A stretch of DNA of 64,000 nucleotides. It comes from Fimicolochytrium jonesii. Taxonomy: Eukaryota. Positions 1 to 12,831 of this stretch are shown one piece after another. The DNA is taken from contig NW_026515673.1 of assembly GCF_025526975.1 (NCBI RefSeq), forward strand, positions 1 through 64,000, given 5' to 3'. The first letter of the stretch is position 1, and each line of letters begins with the position of its first letter. Below the pieces are notes generated by a model. That model was given only the letters and a program-made list of their open reading frames with translations, ran no database searches and was not told the DNA's origin. Position numbers and translations under genes: made by a program.

Positions 1-86
1 TAATTAGAACGAGTGCTGTTCAGTACTGCCGTTCGAGATGCATGGGCCGATGGCTTCATAATGAACATTCGCGGAACGAACGCCAA

Positions 87-520
87 TACCCGTGCCAAGG
101 TCTCGTATCATACTCGCCCGCAGTCGCGCCGAGGGCGCTCCGGCGGCACTCTCTTCCAGAGAGTGCCGGACAGTTCAACGCAAAGGACAGTCCAACGCAC
201 TTTTCTAGCTTTTCTTAAGAAGGGTTAGCTGATTTTTGCTGCGGATGGTCCGATGTCTTTAGTGCCCCAAAGTCTGGGTACGACGCGTCAAGGACACATC
301 ATCCCGAGCATAGCCACCAGCAGAAGTCACCGGCCTGCCTGCACACCTGAAGAAGTACGGAAATTGTCGTTGACTTTTGGGTTCCACAAACACCCAAAGA
401 AAAGTGCGTTGGACTGTCCTTTGCGTTGGACTGTCCGCCACTCTCTGCAAGAGAGTGCCCGGCTTCACGCACCGCGGGAAGTACCGGGTCGAGTATGATA
501 CGAGACCTTTGGCACGGGTA
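87..520. mobile_element. MITE-like non-autonomous element (Tc1/mariner-type, TA-flanked) with bipartite inverted repeats
   Basis: TACCCGTGCCAAGGTCTCGTATCATACTCG at 87-116 is the reverse complement (1 indel) of CGAGTATGATACGAGACCTTTGGCACGGGTA at 490-520. A second ~60-bp inverted pair lies at ~145-206 and ~398-459. TA at both ends; no credible coding sequence. Confidence 0.7.
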
Positions 521-1168
521 GCTCGACCATTGGGACATGCGCGTCATGCATTGCCTGCATAGAATCTCGCGTCGAGTATCCATAACCCTCCCTTTCCTAA
601 GTCAAAAGGCTGGAATCTCTACGCTGTCTTTAGCGTCCAGAGCCCGAGCCCTGGTGCAGGTGGTGTGGAAACCGAGGTGAGGTCTTCACAAAATGAAAGA
701 AAAATTCGTCAGGCCCACATCGACGTCCATCTCACCATGTGAAAGGTCGAGCAGCGCTTCCGACTAGCGGTTGCCGCACAACAGCACAACAGCACAACGA
801 GGGAACGTCAACCACTTTGTGTAGGGTTCCGTTTGCGGCGCTGAGTGAAGAACGGGAACCCACGTTTCGACTCCAAGTTCAAGATTGAGAAGCATATCCG
901 AAACATAAAGTTACCGTACACGAGTGTTTCCTTCCCAGCACACATGCGACAAGAGGATGGGAGAGGGAGATTTTGAGAGAAAAATGGAAATTGCTATTCA
1001 CAAAAAGGCTATACATGAGGAGTGGGAAACAGCTATATAAAAATCAAATATAGAATGGAGAAATCTACGAAGGTGTCTATGATTTACAGAGAAAAACGGG
1101 GGAAGGGAGGGGGGCACACGAATACGTTGGAGCACCCGCCGACTGAAGGGAAAACCAATACCAATGTC

Positions 1169-1741
1169 CTATTCGGATGTGCTCTCCTCCTCAACGACGG
1201 TCTCCTCCTCCCCATCCACTCCCACAAAATCCCCAACGATATCCTCCTCAGGTCCATCAAAAGCCTCCACATTCACATCACCCTCCACCACCGTCGCATT
1301 CCCATCCCTCCGCCCAGGCATACAAAAGTTATTAATCTCGCTCCTAATCGTCGCTCCAGCCCGACATCCCCTCGAAAAGTACACGGCCCCGACCTGCTGC
1401 GGCTTATCAAACCCTAAAGTCTTCCTCGCCGCGACCGCCGGGTTCCAGCCCCCACCCTTCCCATTCAACTTGCAGTCCTCACCCGGGCCCTGGAACGAGA
1501 TGCGGCAGTGCGGGACTCCCGTTGTCCCTTTGGTCAACGAGCGCTGCAGAACGACGTGGCCACGGTAGCACGCGACTTCTTGGTCAGAGTCGATGCGGTC
1601 GTCCGAGCGTTTGTCAGTCATGCGGTAGATGCAGGAGTTGGCGGAGCAGGTGGAGCAGTTAGAGCCTTCGAGGGTCGTCCAGACGGCTGTGGTGGAGGTG
1701 ATCAGGGTGGTGGCGGTGAGGAGGGTGGCGAGGAATTTCAT
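1169..1741 (-). CDS. Small secreted cysteine-rich protein with acidic C-terminus (190 aa)
   Basis: Uninterrupted ORF, signal-peptide-like N-terminus MKFLATLLTATTLITSTTA, 8 Cys, TATAAA ~155 nt upstream on the minus strand. Confidence 0.75.
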   Translation of the reverse strand: MKFLATLLTATTLITSTTAVWTTLEGSNCSTCSANSCIYRMTDKRSDDRIDSDQEVACYRGHVVLQRSLTKGTTGVPHCRISFQGPGEDCKLNGKGGGWNPAVAARKTLGFDKPQQVGAVYFSRGCRAGATIRSEINNFCMPGRRDGNATVVEGDVNVEAFDGPEEDIVGDFVGVDGEEETVVEEESTSE

Positions 1742-3403
1742 TTTTGGTTTTGTCGGTTTTGTTGGAGGATTGGGGTGAGGTTCTTTTTGTTGCGTGGAGT
1801 GTAGAGATGAATAGTAGATTTGTGCGTGCGATGCTTGCTGGATGCTGGATGCTTTGGTGAGGCGGAGAGGGAGTTGAGGGTTGCGACCCTCGGCCCTTTA
1901 TAGACGGTGGAGAATCCATTCCGGTGGATGAGATCAGGGTCTTCTGTCTTTTGGCCCATCCACTTACCTCATAGAGCAGAAGACCGAAACCCGCTCTCAG
2001 AAGAGATACGCCGCCGGGGAAGAAGGAGGAGGATAGAGTGCGGAAGGGGGTCCGAGCCGAGTGGTGTGCCCACGTCCAGCAGCTTTAGTCGAGCTCCCTG
2101 CACCATACCTTTCCCCTCCTTGACGCGTACGCCCCAGGCACCGCGCGCCCTGCTGACGTAAGCCCGCACACGGGCCCCGGCAACAAAAACGCGTCGGCGC
2201 GCCGCAATCAGTTCGGGGCCTCCCGTCAAACGTCTCCTCACGTCCTCTGCAGTCTATTTTTCTTTTGAGGAACACTTCCGAATATTTGCTACAGAAATCC
2301 TACTACCCCACCCCATTTACCGGCCATGTCCCATCTTTCAATCTTGCATGCTAGGTCTATTTTTGGCACCTTTTACCGGTGCGTGCTTCACATAAAGTCC
2401 CGCGTGGGCCATTTTTGTGTTGGGACGGGGGCGGGTCCATCACAGCAGCAAGTCGGCCACCACATATCTTACCTCCGTGACCTGCTCAAAATCAGGGCAT
2501 CGCACTCGGGATGAGAATAGGGCTCCGGATGGAGATGCCCGGGAATCGATGCGAGACCCTTCGCCTTCGATTTAGAGCTTTTAACTTTTACCTCGAGATG
2601 TCTCATGAACTATTGCTGATGGAGCGTTTCTTGCGCTTGTTCTTGGTCGATGATCGACGGGGGTTACTATGGATGGGAGGAATGTCAGGCAGACTGTTCA
2701 AAACTGTCAATCAGAACGCGGTCAGTTTGAACTTCCGACAGGGTGCTGTACGGGTTCTCCATAACTCTTGGAAAGCCAGTATTTAGACCGAAACAAGAAC
2801 AAGACTAGGGAGAACTGGTGTTGATCTGCTGGGGAATCAGGATGGGGAGCGGAGGGGAGCCGGCTATTTGTGCTTTTCTGGGAAGGCATGGGAAGGTGTG
2901 GGCAAGCAGAGAGCACGGAACAAGAGAGAAGGTAGAGGATACGCCAAGAGTGGGGAAGTATAGGGGATAGAAGAAGGGAGGAGATGCGGCTACGTGGGAG
3001 CTGCACGTCCGAACCTCCATCGGGAAAGAAAGCCAACAGCGGATTTATCAAGTTTATCTCGGGTGGAGATCGGGTCGATGCGGAGCGACGAGCGCTTGCT
3101 ATGGCCCGCCGGAGAGCGGCTGTAGACAGGATAGCGGCTGGACAGGAGTACAGGTTGATGTTGACCTGAACACCGAGCGAAAGGGCTCGCTAGTGGAGCA
3201 GATAAGGAGAGAGTGGTGAGGAGCAAAACGATTCGACATTTCGAAGAAAAAAAATTTACAAAAACAGAACGGTAGGGACTATTTACACAGCACTCACGAG
3301 TAAAAGCGCATACAAGTGGACGTAATTGGCTCACAATGACATCGGGGGATTCGCGGTGATGATCTCTGAGAACTAAGCAACGGGGAAGAACGGAAATGGT
3401 CCC

Positions 3404-5102
3404 CTACAGAACATACGCCGGACGATTCATCTCACCATCTGCGCTCTCCCTATCTTGCCGAGCAGCGTGCTGCTTTTTGTTCTTACGCGCATAGATGATT
3501 CGTAACGCCGCGGCGACAACTACAGTCAAAGCGAGACCGATGCAATTTATCATGTGCGAGCGCACGTACTTTGGCTTGTCGTCCTTATACTGTGCGTATG
3601 ACGCAACGACCGATCCGAGGTTTCCGACAGACGAAACAAACGCAATGGCGGTCACTTGGAAAGTGGAATCATGGATGTTCGCCGACAGCCAGGCAAAAAC
3701 CAGGGGAATGGCGCTGAACACCCCGCCAACGGCCAGGATGCATCCAACGTACTTGCCGGTCTTGTCCGCGAACGGCGTTCCGGCGAGGATAGCGAAACCG
3801 ATAACGCCAATGAGAGCGCTAATCATGATGAAGATTGAGCGTTGGCGTGTGCGGTCGGACAAGTAGGCCATGCCCATAGTGAGGATAACGCCGGCGGCGT
3901 AAGGGCCGACGGACATACGAGTGGCATCTAATGACGTATAGCCGAGGATGAAAAGGATGGTCGGGAGGAACAGGCCTGAGGAAAATGCAGGAGCCGTCAG
4001 CATTGGATATCGCAGCGCCTCAGAAATGCGAAAGATTCACACCCACCTAGTGCATTGGCGGCCATCACTACGCTGAAATACATAACGATGAACAAATAAT
4101 TCTTGTAGTCCTTGAAGACCTTCCAAAATTCCCTCTTGTCGATCTTCGACTGGCTGTCACTGACTCCGGTAACTCGAAGACGGTTGCAGGCTAGAGCTCT
4201 CTCGTCAGGAGTGAGCCACTTGCTCTCATCAGAGGGTTTCGCCGGCAAGATGAAGTACACCAACAATCCCAGAGCGATTGTGGGCACGCCATTTGTGAGA
4301 AAGAGAAGTTGCCATCCGTAATACCCGGCTTGCCCATCGATTTGAGCCATTCCATACGCCCAGGCTGATCCTACGACGCCGGAAACCGACGTGGCGATAT
4401 AAAAGCCGGCGATGCGCTTAGCGCATTCAGTCTTGCGGTACCAAAAGGTGAGGTAATAGACAACACCGGGGAAGAAGCCGGCCTCGCATGCGCCAAGGAG
4501 GAACCGAAGCAGAATGAAGTGCCAGGGCTTTGTGATGAGGACTTGGCAAGTGGTGACGATGCCCCAACTGACCATGATGCGGGCAATCCACGTAGGGGCA
4601 ACTACTTTCTTGAGGGCGAGGTTGGACGGGATCTCGAATAGGATGTAACCTGACATGGGAGAATGAGGGCATCCATTAGATTCAAAGGTAGAACCCCGAC
4701 GCGGAAAGCATATCTCGCGTACCAACGAAGAACGCAGCGAGCGCAATTGAGAACTGCTCTTCGCTGATGTTCGCCGTGGCTTGCAGGTTGCGCTTCTTCT
4801 CCACGTTGGAGATCTTCGCGAACGAAACGCTACTACGGTCTACCACGGAGAGGAAATAACTTGCAAAGAGGATCGGCATTATCCTCAGATCCAACTTGCG
4901 AAGGAGCCGACGTTCTGCCTATGACCATAGGGAGATTTACGGTGGAATCTGGATCAACATGACACTCTTTGACGCTGAGGCTTACCTCCGAATCGGTAAG
5001 AAGCTCCGCATGGTCAACTACAGTCGCCTGCGAGTGTACCTGAAGGAGGTCGGTCTTTTTCGCGTCTTGAACGCCGACCGCTGTAGGCTCTTGGGTGACC
5101 AT
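3404..5102 (-). CDS. MFS transporter, anion:cation symporter family (Dal5/Tna1-like allantoate/nicotinate permease), spliced
   Basis: Motifs ERRLLRKLDLRIMP..YFLSVVDR, EIPSNLALKK, RFLLGACEAGFFPG, SDRTRQRS. GT-AG introns at about 4919-4985, 4650-4721 and 3980-4046. Confidence 0.9.
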
Positions 5103-6454
5103 GTCGTTTGATGTATAGTATTGGGGAATCTTTAGATGTGAACTGATGTGTAGCAACTGTGGCAACAGGTCTCCATCGATGTCTTTTATGCCTCATTTTC
5201 CTATCACCAGGCTGCTCCTGGCCAGCTCTCCCCACCACCATATCGCTTCGACCCGCAAGCCCCGCACGTCCGCCTTGACCAGCAAGCTCCGCACGTCCGC
5301 TTGCGCCAGATATACGCAAAACCACTCATCCCCTGATATATTGAAGCCCATGTGGCGGCATCGCTTTGAAGGGAAAATTTACAGCATCATGTGCAATATA
5401 CGGACGGTATATGCCTTCGCTAATACAGATTGTCACTTTTATCATCATGCGCCAAGCAACCTTATTCAATCTGTGCTGCCTCGTCGAATGGACCGGGGGT
5501 AGTACAGTATTCAATCTCCCTCCTCCCTGGCAATACGGCGGCCGCCGAAGTTGCACGCGTCCAGAGGCGGAGAAGGCGCGTGACGACTCTGACGGGAGAC
5601 CAGCTGCGCTGCACACACCTCCCTGCACCCCGTGATGGTCAGTGGATGTTTTAAGATCTCTCAGGCTTCTACAGTACTGTACAGTACGCCGCCCCATGCC
5701 AAACGCCAGAAAGGCACGGCGATGACCTTAAGGTTGCGCCGATCGCAATAATTTCGAGCTCCGGCCGGGATTGACGTTTAACATTATGAGGGGTTTTCGG
5801 TCGTGGGGTAATTTGAGTACAGTACATCGCTTCTCGCTTTCGATAGTGGCCATAGGGTCATACTCACCAATTGCAGATTTTAAGCTTCTTCACCTGGACG
5901 CATTTCACTTTGCCTGCCCCCACCGATGCCATTGAACCTGTCTGATGGCCCTGCTGGTTGTTGAGGTCACCTACAACGGGACTCGACAGCAAGTTCGCTA
6001 AATTACTTCTTGTACGGGGGGTAAAGTAGGACTTTCTTATATCGAAAACATAAAGCTCTACATGTCAAAGTACAGGAGTACATGCAATCGCCCTCCTTTA
6101 ATACTTGTTGAAGGGATCGTCATCTCGCACGGATGCCCGATATTCGGCAGAAAACAGGTGAAGCTACCAATTCTGGAGCATTTATAGGTTGGGTGGTCCC
6201 GCAACCCGCCACGAGGGAAGGGCATGCTGAACCGCCTCGCTCCAGTACATCGAGCGATAAATTCATGTCAACCCACGTTTAAAAGTCAGTCGAAGTGACT
6301 CCTCGATTCATAAGTCTTGGTCCGCAGACCACAGTAGTTGCTGATGAGTCTGAGGGATCGGCGACGACAAGCGTGAGAAAAGAGGTGGGAGGGCAGAGCC
6401 TGCCTGTGCGTTAGATGAGTTCCCCACCGTATGGCAGCGATACTCAGGGAGCAC

Positions 6455-8053
6455 TTATAAAGCACTTCCGATGCCTACAGAGATAGCATAGTTCCAGTAA
6501 AGAGCTCTGTCATATTCCTGGGCGAAGCGAAAAAGATTCATCACGTCAGGAACAGGATAGCAATGGGAGAGCGACGTCGGGGAAACGAACATTATATGCC
6601 AGCGACAACATGCCACGCAGGCCCCAGCTTCCGGGGAACTGTACGAACACTCCCGCCTTGATGGCATTGAACAGCATATTATCCGTCCAGCGTGAATATC
6701 GACTCGATAGCAACCCGATCGTTAGAGCCGCCGCAAAGGCGTTGATTTCGGAGGAGATTGCCAGACACGCTTGCATAGATTACCAGCAGGGGACCCAAGT
6801 GCCGTGTTGGGGATCATGACGAACCATTGGCGAAATGGAGCCTGGAGAGAATAGTTGGCACATGTGAGCATCGTAGATGTCAGGACGATTCATTGTCTTG
6901 GAGACCACGTTGACGCTAATATTCCACCTTCAAGTATACATTGCGCAAAACGATGTGTACACCGGCACGCATAGAAGCAGCCAAAAATTGCTGACGGTGA
7001 TACTCTGCTGACTCCCACAGATTCGTTCTTGCGAAGCCTGGCTCGGCCGTCTTTCGAACCCGGCACCAATCATCGCGTGATAGAGTAGATGTCCCGCGGT
7101 AAGGCCATACGCCATGGCTGCTTCATACACGGTGGTATTGCATAATCTCGCTGCGCCTGCTACGACGTTCTTTGTGAGAATCTCAACTACGGATGCCGTG
7201 ACGGCGTATCCGGGGAGCATCGTTACGACGGATGAGAGTAGGATGGATGAGAAGCAGAAGGACGGGAAGTTCAGTACAAGCATACGAACGTGATGGCAAA
7301 CTTAGACGTCGAAAGCCACTCACCGAGAGAGTAGGATGTCTGTTGGCTACGAAGCGCATAGCCGCTGGTGTAATCGCGAATAAGCCCGAGACAACGTCGC
7401 ACGCATCACCATGAAAGAACATGATTGCACTCGTAGAAGCCGACAGCGGGTAATCCGAGGCAATCCAGAATTCATTCCACGCAGCTTTCGTATTCTGTAT
7501 CCATCGCAACTCCAGCCCGTACTGTCGTACGTCCATCTCTCTGTGCAGTTTACGGAAATCGGTTCCGCGGCGAGTTTTGATGATTTGGTGCCACTTTCCC
7601 TTCCGCACCGAACCCGCCTCAAAGCGGGCTGGCTGGAAGTCCAAGAGAGTGCATGTTGGGAGATAGTTCACTTTCAAAAGATGATGAAGAACGGTCCCGA
7701 GCGCTTCGACCACACTTTCGCTTCGATGAGACGATGTGCCGAACGCAAGAAGGGCCTTTAATAGCTCCATTAAGAACTGAAACGCCGCGTCCTCGACTTG
7801 ATGAAGGTTCCCAGCTCATCAGGAGGGACAGCTTCCATCGCTAGGTGAACCGGGCGGACGTCTTCCTCTGCAGAGCGAAAACAGGCTTTGTCGGTTAAAC
7901 AGCTGCATTTCGGATTGTACCATGCAATTTGGAGGGCTTCGGAGACGCACCCATACCTTTCGCGGTTACGTCCTCTGACCTTCGACCTTGCTCTACCTTC
8001 CAATCAACTCCAGCTCCTATTTCTACAACCCTTGCCATCTCAATGACATGCAT
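6455..8053 (-). pseudogene. Prm10/ThrE-family (threonine/serine exporter-like) membrane protein; spliced and apparently degenerate
   Basis: Segments LKALLAFGTSSHRSE, SSILLSSVVTMLPGYAVT..VEILTKNVVAGAARL, AGVFVQFPGSWGLRG and AISVGIG resemble Prm10/ThrE. Several frame changes lack convincing introns. Boundaries approximate. Confidence 0.6.
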
Positions 8054-8799
8054 TTCCTGCTTGTTGGTCTTTTGCCGATGGAAGCGATTCCACGCACGGC
8101 TTATCGAGATCAAGCCAACATGTGTGTTCTTATAGGAGCACGTCGGGATTTAAAGCTGCTTCTGAAATGGAGAGCGTAGAGCGCGAATGTAGGAGTTGGA
8201 CAGGATGGCAGGGTGACATTCCTCGTCCGGAAACCCGACGCTACGTTTCATGAATTCTTTCCGGCATTCTTCACGTGTGACCGCAGAGAGGGGCCACCGG
8301 GCCAGGCTCCAACCAAGTCAACGCTCATTAGGCCTTTTGTCATTTTTCTGTGCAGACACAGCTCCGCAGATTGCACCCATGTGCACATGCAATCGGCTCT
8401 GCATGCAGTGGGTGGATCCGGGGCATGTTGTATGTAGTTTCCGGAATGGGGGTGTCGTAACCCGGGAGGGCCTCCTTTGCTTCGTCCATCGTTGAATTTA
8501 CCGGAATCGACGCGACGCGCAGCAACCTTTGCGGCCCTCTTGCTGTTTTTCGTCCGTGGGCGTCGGGCATCGTCATTTCTCGCCAATCATGGCCCACAAC
8601 AGCAATGTCCACCTCTAAAGCACCGCAACGTAGTATGCACACTGATGCTTGGTCGATGAATGGATGAAAACGAGTGACTGCCGTGCTCGCCAGCCGGATA
8701 TACAACATCCTCTCTGGGCGACTCGCCAGTTCGTCGCATTGGAAATCACCCACCTCGTAAGCATACAAAGTCCAGTCTCATTCACTCATATACGCCGCA

Positions 8800-9959
8800 A
8801 TGCTATCTGACGACGATCTCGAGGAGCTGGTCGCCGAGACATCGGCAAACGCAACCGCCACCGTGCAAGCTCGCAACACTCTTGTCTACGCCGTCCTACA
8901 TGTATACCAGCAATTTTCAGAACAGCGTTCGCTCACCCCTACTGCGGAAGTCAATGCATTGTTTAGCGAGCTCGTCGGCTTGTGTGGAAAACATCTGCCT
9001 GATACTATCGTTCATGGAATTTTGGCTCATCCGGGAATCTGCTGCATCATTCCTCATCTGAGGAATATGTGCGCCGAGGGCGAGTATCAGCTAGAGATGT
9101 CCTGGTCTCGAAGAATCCTCCGTCAAGGGGAAGCTTTCGGTAAGTCTTGTTGAGTAAAGTATCCGATCGTACGTACGCTGACACTCGTTGTGAACACTAG
9201 AATCCCGCCCCCAACTCCGTGACTTTCCTTACTTTTCGAATTACGTTGATCTGACCAGAATGGAATTGAACGCAATTTCGTCGGTGTTGCCTCGTGCCCA
9301 ACCGGCTCCGAACAAATTCGTGCTCCTCGGCTCGGGGCCTCTTCCCATGACCTCTATCTGCCTCGCCCGCGAGTTGCTGGCCCGAGCACCCACCGGCGCG
9401 AAAAGCTACTGTGGAAGGACGCCCATTCAATCCTATAACCAGCCCCATTGTGTACACAACATCGATTGTAGTATGGACGCCTTGATCTGCAGCACCCAAC
9501 TCGTCGCCGACCCCAAACTCCGCAACGACCCCGACTTCGCTGGTGTGTCCTCGGTCATGTCATTTGAACTTGCAGACCTCGCAAGATCTCAATTTGAAAG
9601 CGTTTGACGTCGTCTACCTTGCGGCTCTAGTCGGTCTTGACGTGAATACCAAGCGTAAGGTGCTGGAGCGACTTCACAGGGCGATACGTCCGGGGGCTCT
9701 CTTGGTGGCTCGCAGCGCTCATTCCCTCAGAACTTTATTATACTCGGTAAGCTTTCTCTGCGGCCAAATTCACACTTTACTCCATCTGGACGAAAAACAA
9801 ATTTGACTTACATACTCTTCTTCTCCTTTCCACCCCCCGGTCCAAAAGCCCATTGATGTTGGGTCTTCGGAATGTCACCTGAAAGGGTTCAAGCCGCTCC
9901 TCGTTATGCATCCGCACAATCATATCATCAATTCAGTGCTCATTGCTTCCTGTATTTGA
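8800..9959 (+). CDS. NAS: Nicotianamine synthase (3 exons: 8800-9139, 9201-9746, 9849-9959) with an internal frameshift at ~9570-9600
   Basis: NAS motifs SLTPTAEVNALFSELV, LRNMCAEGEYQLE, FPYFSNYVDL, LGSGPLPMTS, FDVVYLAALVG, ARSAHSLRTLLY, HPHNHIINSVLIA. Splice phases are consistent. Confidence 0.88.
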
Positions 9960-11145
9960 AAACGTCATTGCTCCATGTATTCCTCTCTTCTTCTAAATGT
10001 ATCCCTAAACGACCCGAATACATACTAATGAAGCATTTTGCGGCCTTATGTTCACCCATCCTCGACTACGAGAAGAGACTTGACAACCCTGGTTCGCCGG
10101 AAGACATTTCGAACGTCCTCTAGACGCATTGACAGGGTTTAGAACCGCAAACATACATCCATCACACAATGGCATCATGATGGAAGCTGCAACAGAGAAA
10201 GATCACCCTCATAGAACGGTTCTTGCTCGATTCCGTGCTGATCTGAGCCAAAAACGACATAAATTTGAAAATCTCAGATGGGCGGAGAGGCGTGTCGACA
10301 AAAGCGCGTACCGCCCTGGTTACAACTCGTAGGCAATTCGCATGGGGTCCCTCCAAGGTTACGACGGCGCACACGCAAGCAAAACTTACGGTCGCCACAA
10401 AGCTGCACAACCCGGACACATCCATCCTAGCTCCGCACTACGCAATCGTATTGAGCTTGCCACATGGAGTTCAAAGAAGAAGAAAATGACAGCGCTCGTG
10501 CGTCGATATCAATATGGTAGCTCGCCCGGGGCCGCGTTGCGCAACTGTGAGACCCAACTGACCAATCAACGATGTATTGAGCTTGTGACATGATAATGCG
10601 GCACCGAAAAGTGAAAGAAACAGGAAATAACATTCAACGCCCGCTGCTGTAAAGTATCGTATTGAGTATGATGTGACCGTATGATGCGACCGGCGTAAAG
10701 TCGTATATCGGTTTGGGTTACGAAATTGGGTTGTCAGACAAATGCTCTCGCGGCAATGAATCTCATCACTGTCGCGCGCTCCATAGAGCATCATGGGGCC
10801 TCGGCTTCGCCTTCCAGCAATCCTGCGCCCTCGCTCGCAGTCCAAGTTTGCCAGCATTGCGTTTCTGTACCGAGGTCCATATCCGTGGGCATAGCCTTTC
10901 GATGAAGTACTACCATCACGATTGGAAGCTCATCTTATGCATGCATTGTGTGCCATAAACGACGAACTCAGCCGGCACTTGCGGTTCCGCGTCTAACTTC
11001 GATTTGAAGGAATCCACAGGAACGGTGACTACGCCGCAACAGTGTGGGCGTGCCAAGAAGTCATCGGAATGTAACATCCTCTCCATCCGACATCTATCCA
11101 AGCCATCCCACGACGACTCTCCCGGTTGAATGCAATCCGGTATCT

Positions 11146-12300
11146 CTAACCCCAACAAGCCAACTTCTTCAGCAGGCCGCCCGGTCCGACGACTGGCTCG
11201 TCGGCCAGTTTCCGTGTCGCGACCTCCACCCATATATCATCATTCGGATGATCGCCCCTCATAACGATCTTATGGAACAGCTGCTTGTTCACTGGCGCAG
11301 GCACGTATTTAAGCAATGGGCCCCAGTCGAATGGAAGACTTATAAAGTCCTGTGGAGCAGGCATGATGTTTGCGCGGTGCAGGACTCCCTGTTTTGGGGG
11401 TGGGGTGGTGTTTAGGATGTAGATGGCGTGGTCCCAGTCGGCTTTGTCCGATTTCGACTTCTTGGGAGCGGGTTGAGCAGCGTTATGGCTGTCGTCTGCG
11501 TCGCTCTCGCTTTCTTCGCTGGTAACCAACTCTTTCTCGTCTCCGTTAAGTTGTGCGGTCTCATCCACTTGTTGATCATTGCTATCGTCCCTTTCACTGC
11601 TCTCCTCCATGGGCTCCACAGTCCTTTTTTGACCGTCTTTCCCTATGCGATACTCCTCGCGGAATGGTTTCCACACAGGAGGCTTTGGTAAACCGTTCCT
11701 CCCTCTATGTGACTTGGTGGGGCCGTGCGATTGATCTCCATGCTCGTGGCGGGTAGGGATAAACAGTTTGCCGTCTCGCAAGGGATGCACATACGCCACC
11801 GGCTGGTTCGCTCCAGCGTTATCGATGATGCAGACGAGAAAGCTGAAATCTATGTTGTAGTGCCGCTGAAGAAGAGTGAAGATTTGGTCCTGGATCTTAA
11901 AAACGTGGTCTTCGAGCCGATGAAAATCCTCCAGAGTGGGAACGACGCTGTAGCGGTAGGCGCCGCAACGGCGGATTTCTAGCTTCTTGGTTTGACTTTC
12001 AGGAGCGGACCTCGCACCTTTGACGACAGACCTCGCTTTTGGCCGTTTCGGCTCAAAGTGTGTTCTCAGTGGCGTAAAGACGTCAATGTTCTTGACGTTC
12101 ACCATTTCGCAGCCGTGCTCGGAGGTGGCGGGCATAGGCAATATCATGGCGACGGGCTCGCGCTCGAAGCCGACGGTGTTGGCATAGATGGTGAGCTGCT
12201 CGGGCAGGGCGGCGGGGTCCTTTCGGGGTTTCTCGCATACGAAGATATTTGTGTCTGAGACGTGGACCGGTTGGCGCTTGCCCGCCTGCACGATGCACAT
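11146..12300 (-). CDS. Intronless hypothetical protein resembling a conserved giant-virus (Mimiviridae-type) family
   Basis: 384-aa ORF with motifs MCI..V.VSDTNIFV, QLTIYANTV, AMILPMP, GAYRYSVVP.LEDF.RL, FSFLVC, P.AYVH, LFIPTRH, DWDHAIY. Family recalled from memory, not searched. Confidence 0.7.
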   Translation of the reverse strand: MCIVQAGKRQPVHVSDTNIFVCEKPRKDPAALPEQLTIYANTVGFEREPVAMILPMPATSEHGCEMVNVKNIDVFTPLRTHFEPKRPKARSVVKGARSAPESQTKKLEIRRCGAYRYSVVPTLEDFHRLEDHVFKIQDQIFTLLQRHYNIDFSFLVCIIDNAGANQPVAYVHPLRDGKLFIPTRHEHGDQSHGPTKSHRGRNGLPKPPVWKPFREEYRIGKDGQKRTVEPMEESSERDDSNDQQVDETAQLNGDEKELVTSEESESDADDSHNAAQPAPKKSKSDKADWDHAIYILNTTPPPKQGVLHRANIMPAPQDFISLPFDWGPLLKYVPAPVNKQLFHKIVMRGDHPNDDIWVEVATRKLADEPVVGPGGLLKKLACWG

Positions 12301-12831
12301 TCTAGTCGCTATCTGTTCTCCGTCAGGATTTCCTTCCAGTCAGCACGGCGACGAAGTGGGTGGTTCCCGTCAGAGCTTTTGCGAGTGGACGAGTGGAGTA
12401 AGCCTTCGGTGGAGTTGCCCGCGACGAGGTGCTCCGTACGTTTCCAGTCGCCTTCAAACCCTCATTCGGCGTTTACCAATAAGAAGGCCGTTCGACATCC
12501 GTCTCCTCGTCATGGCAGATCTCGTTGTCAGTTCCCGCGTTTTTCCCCAACCCTTTGTCACAATCAGAGCTCCCGATCACTCTGCGGTTGAAGTCTAAGA
12601 GCAGTATGTTTGTTGTTTTTCAAGATGAACTGCCATGAAGTACACCGCGGTGACGAGATGTACCGGTTCTACGTACGCGAATTTACAAAAAGGGGCGTTG
12701 ATGTCTATTGTGGTGGTGCGGGGATATACTACGTACCTACGCCGCGGTAACGGCTCGCGCTATTGTAATGAGGGCAAAAGCAAACAGAAGTCTAAAGTCC
12801 GGAACTGAACAGTTTTGCGTCCTCTCCCGTT

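Noticed and set aside
10129..10960. Short ORFs between NAS and the virus-like gene
   Set aside because: No motifs or consistent splice structure.
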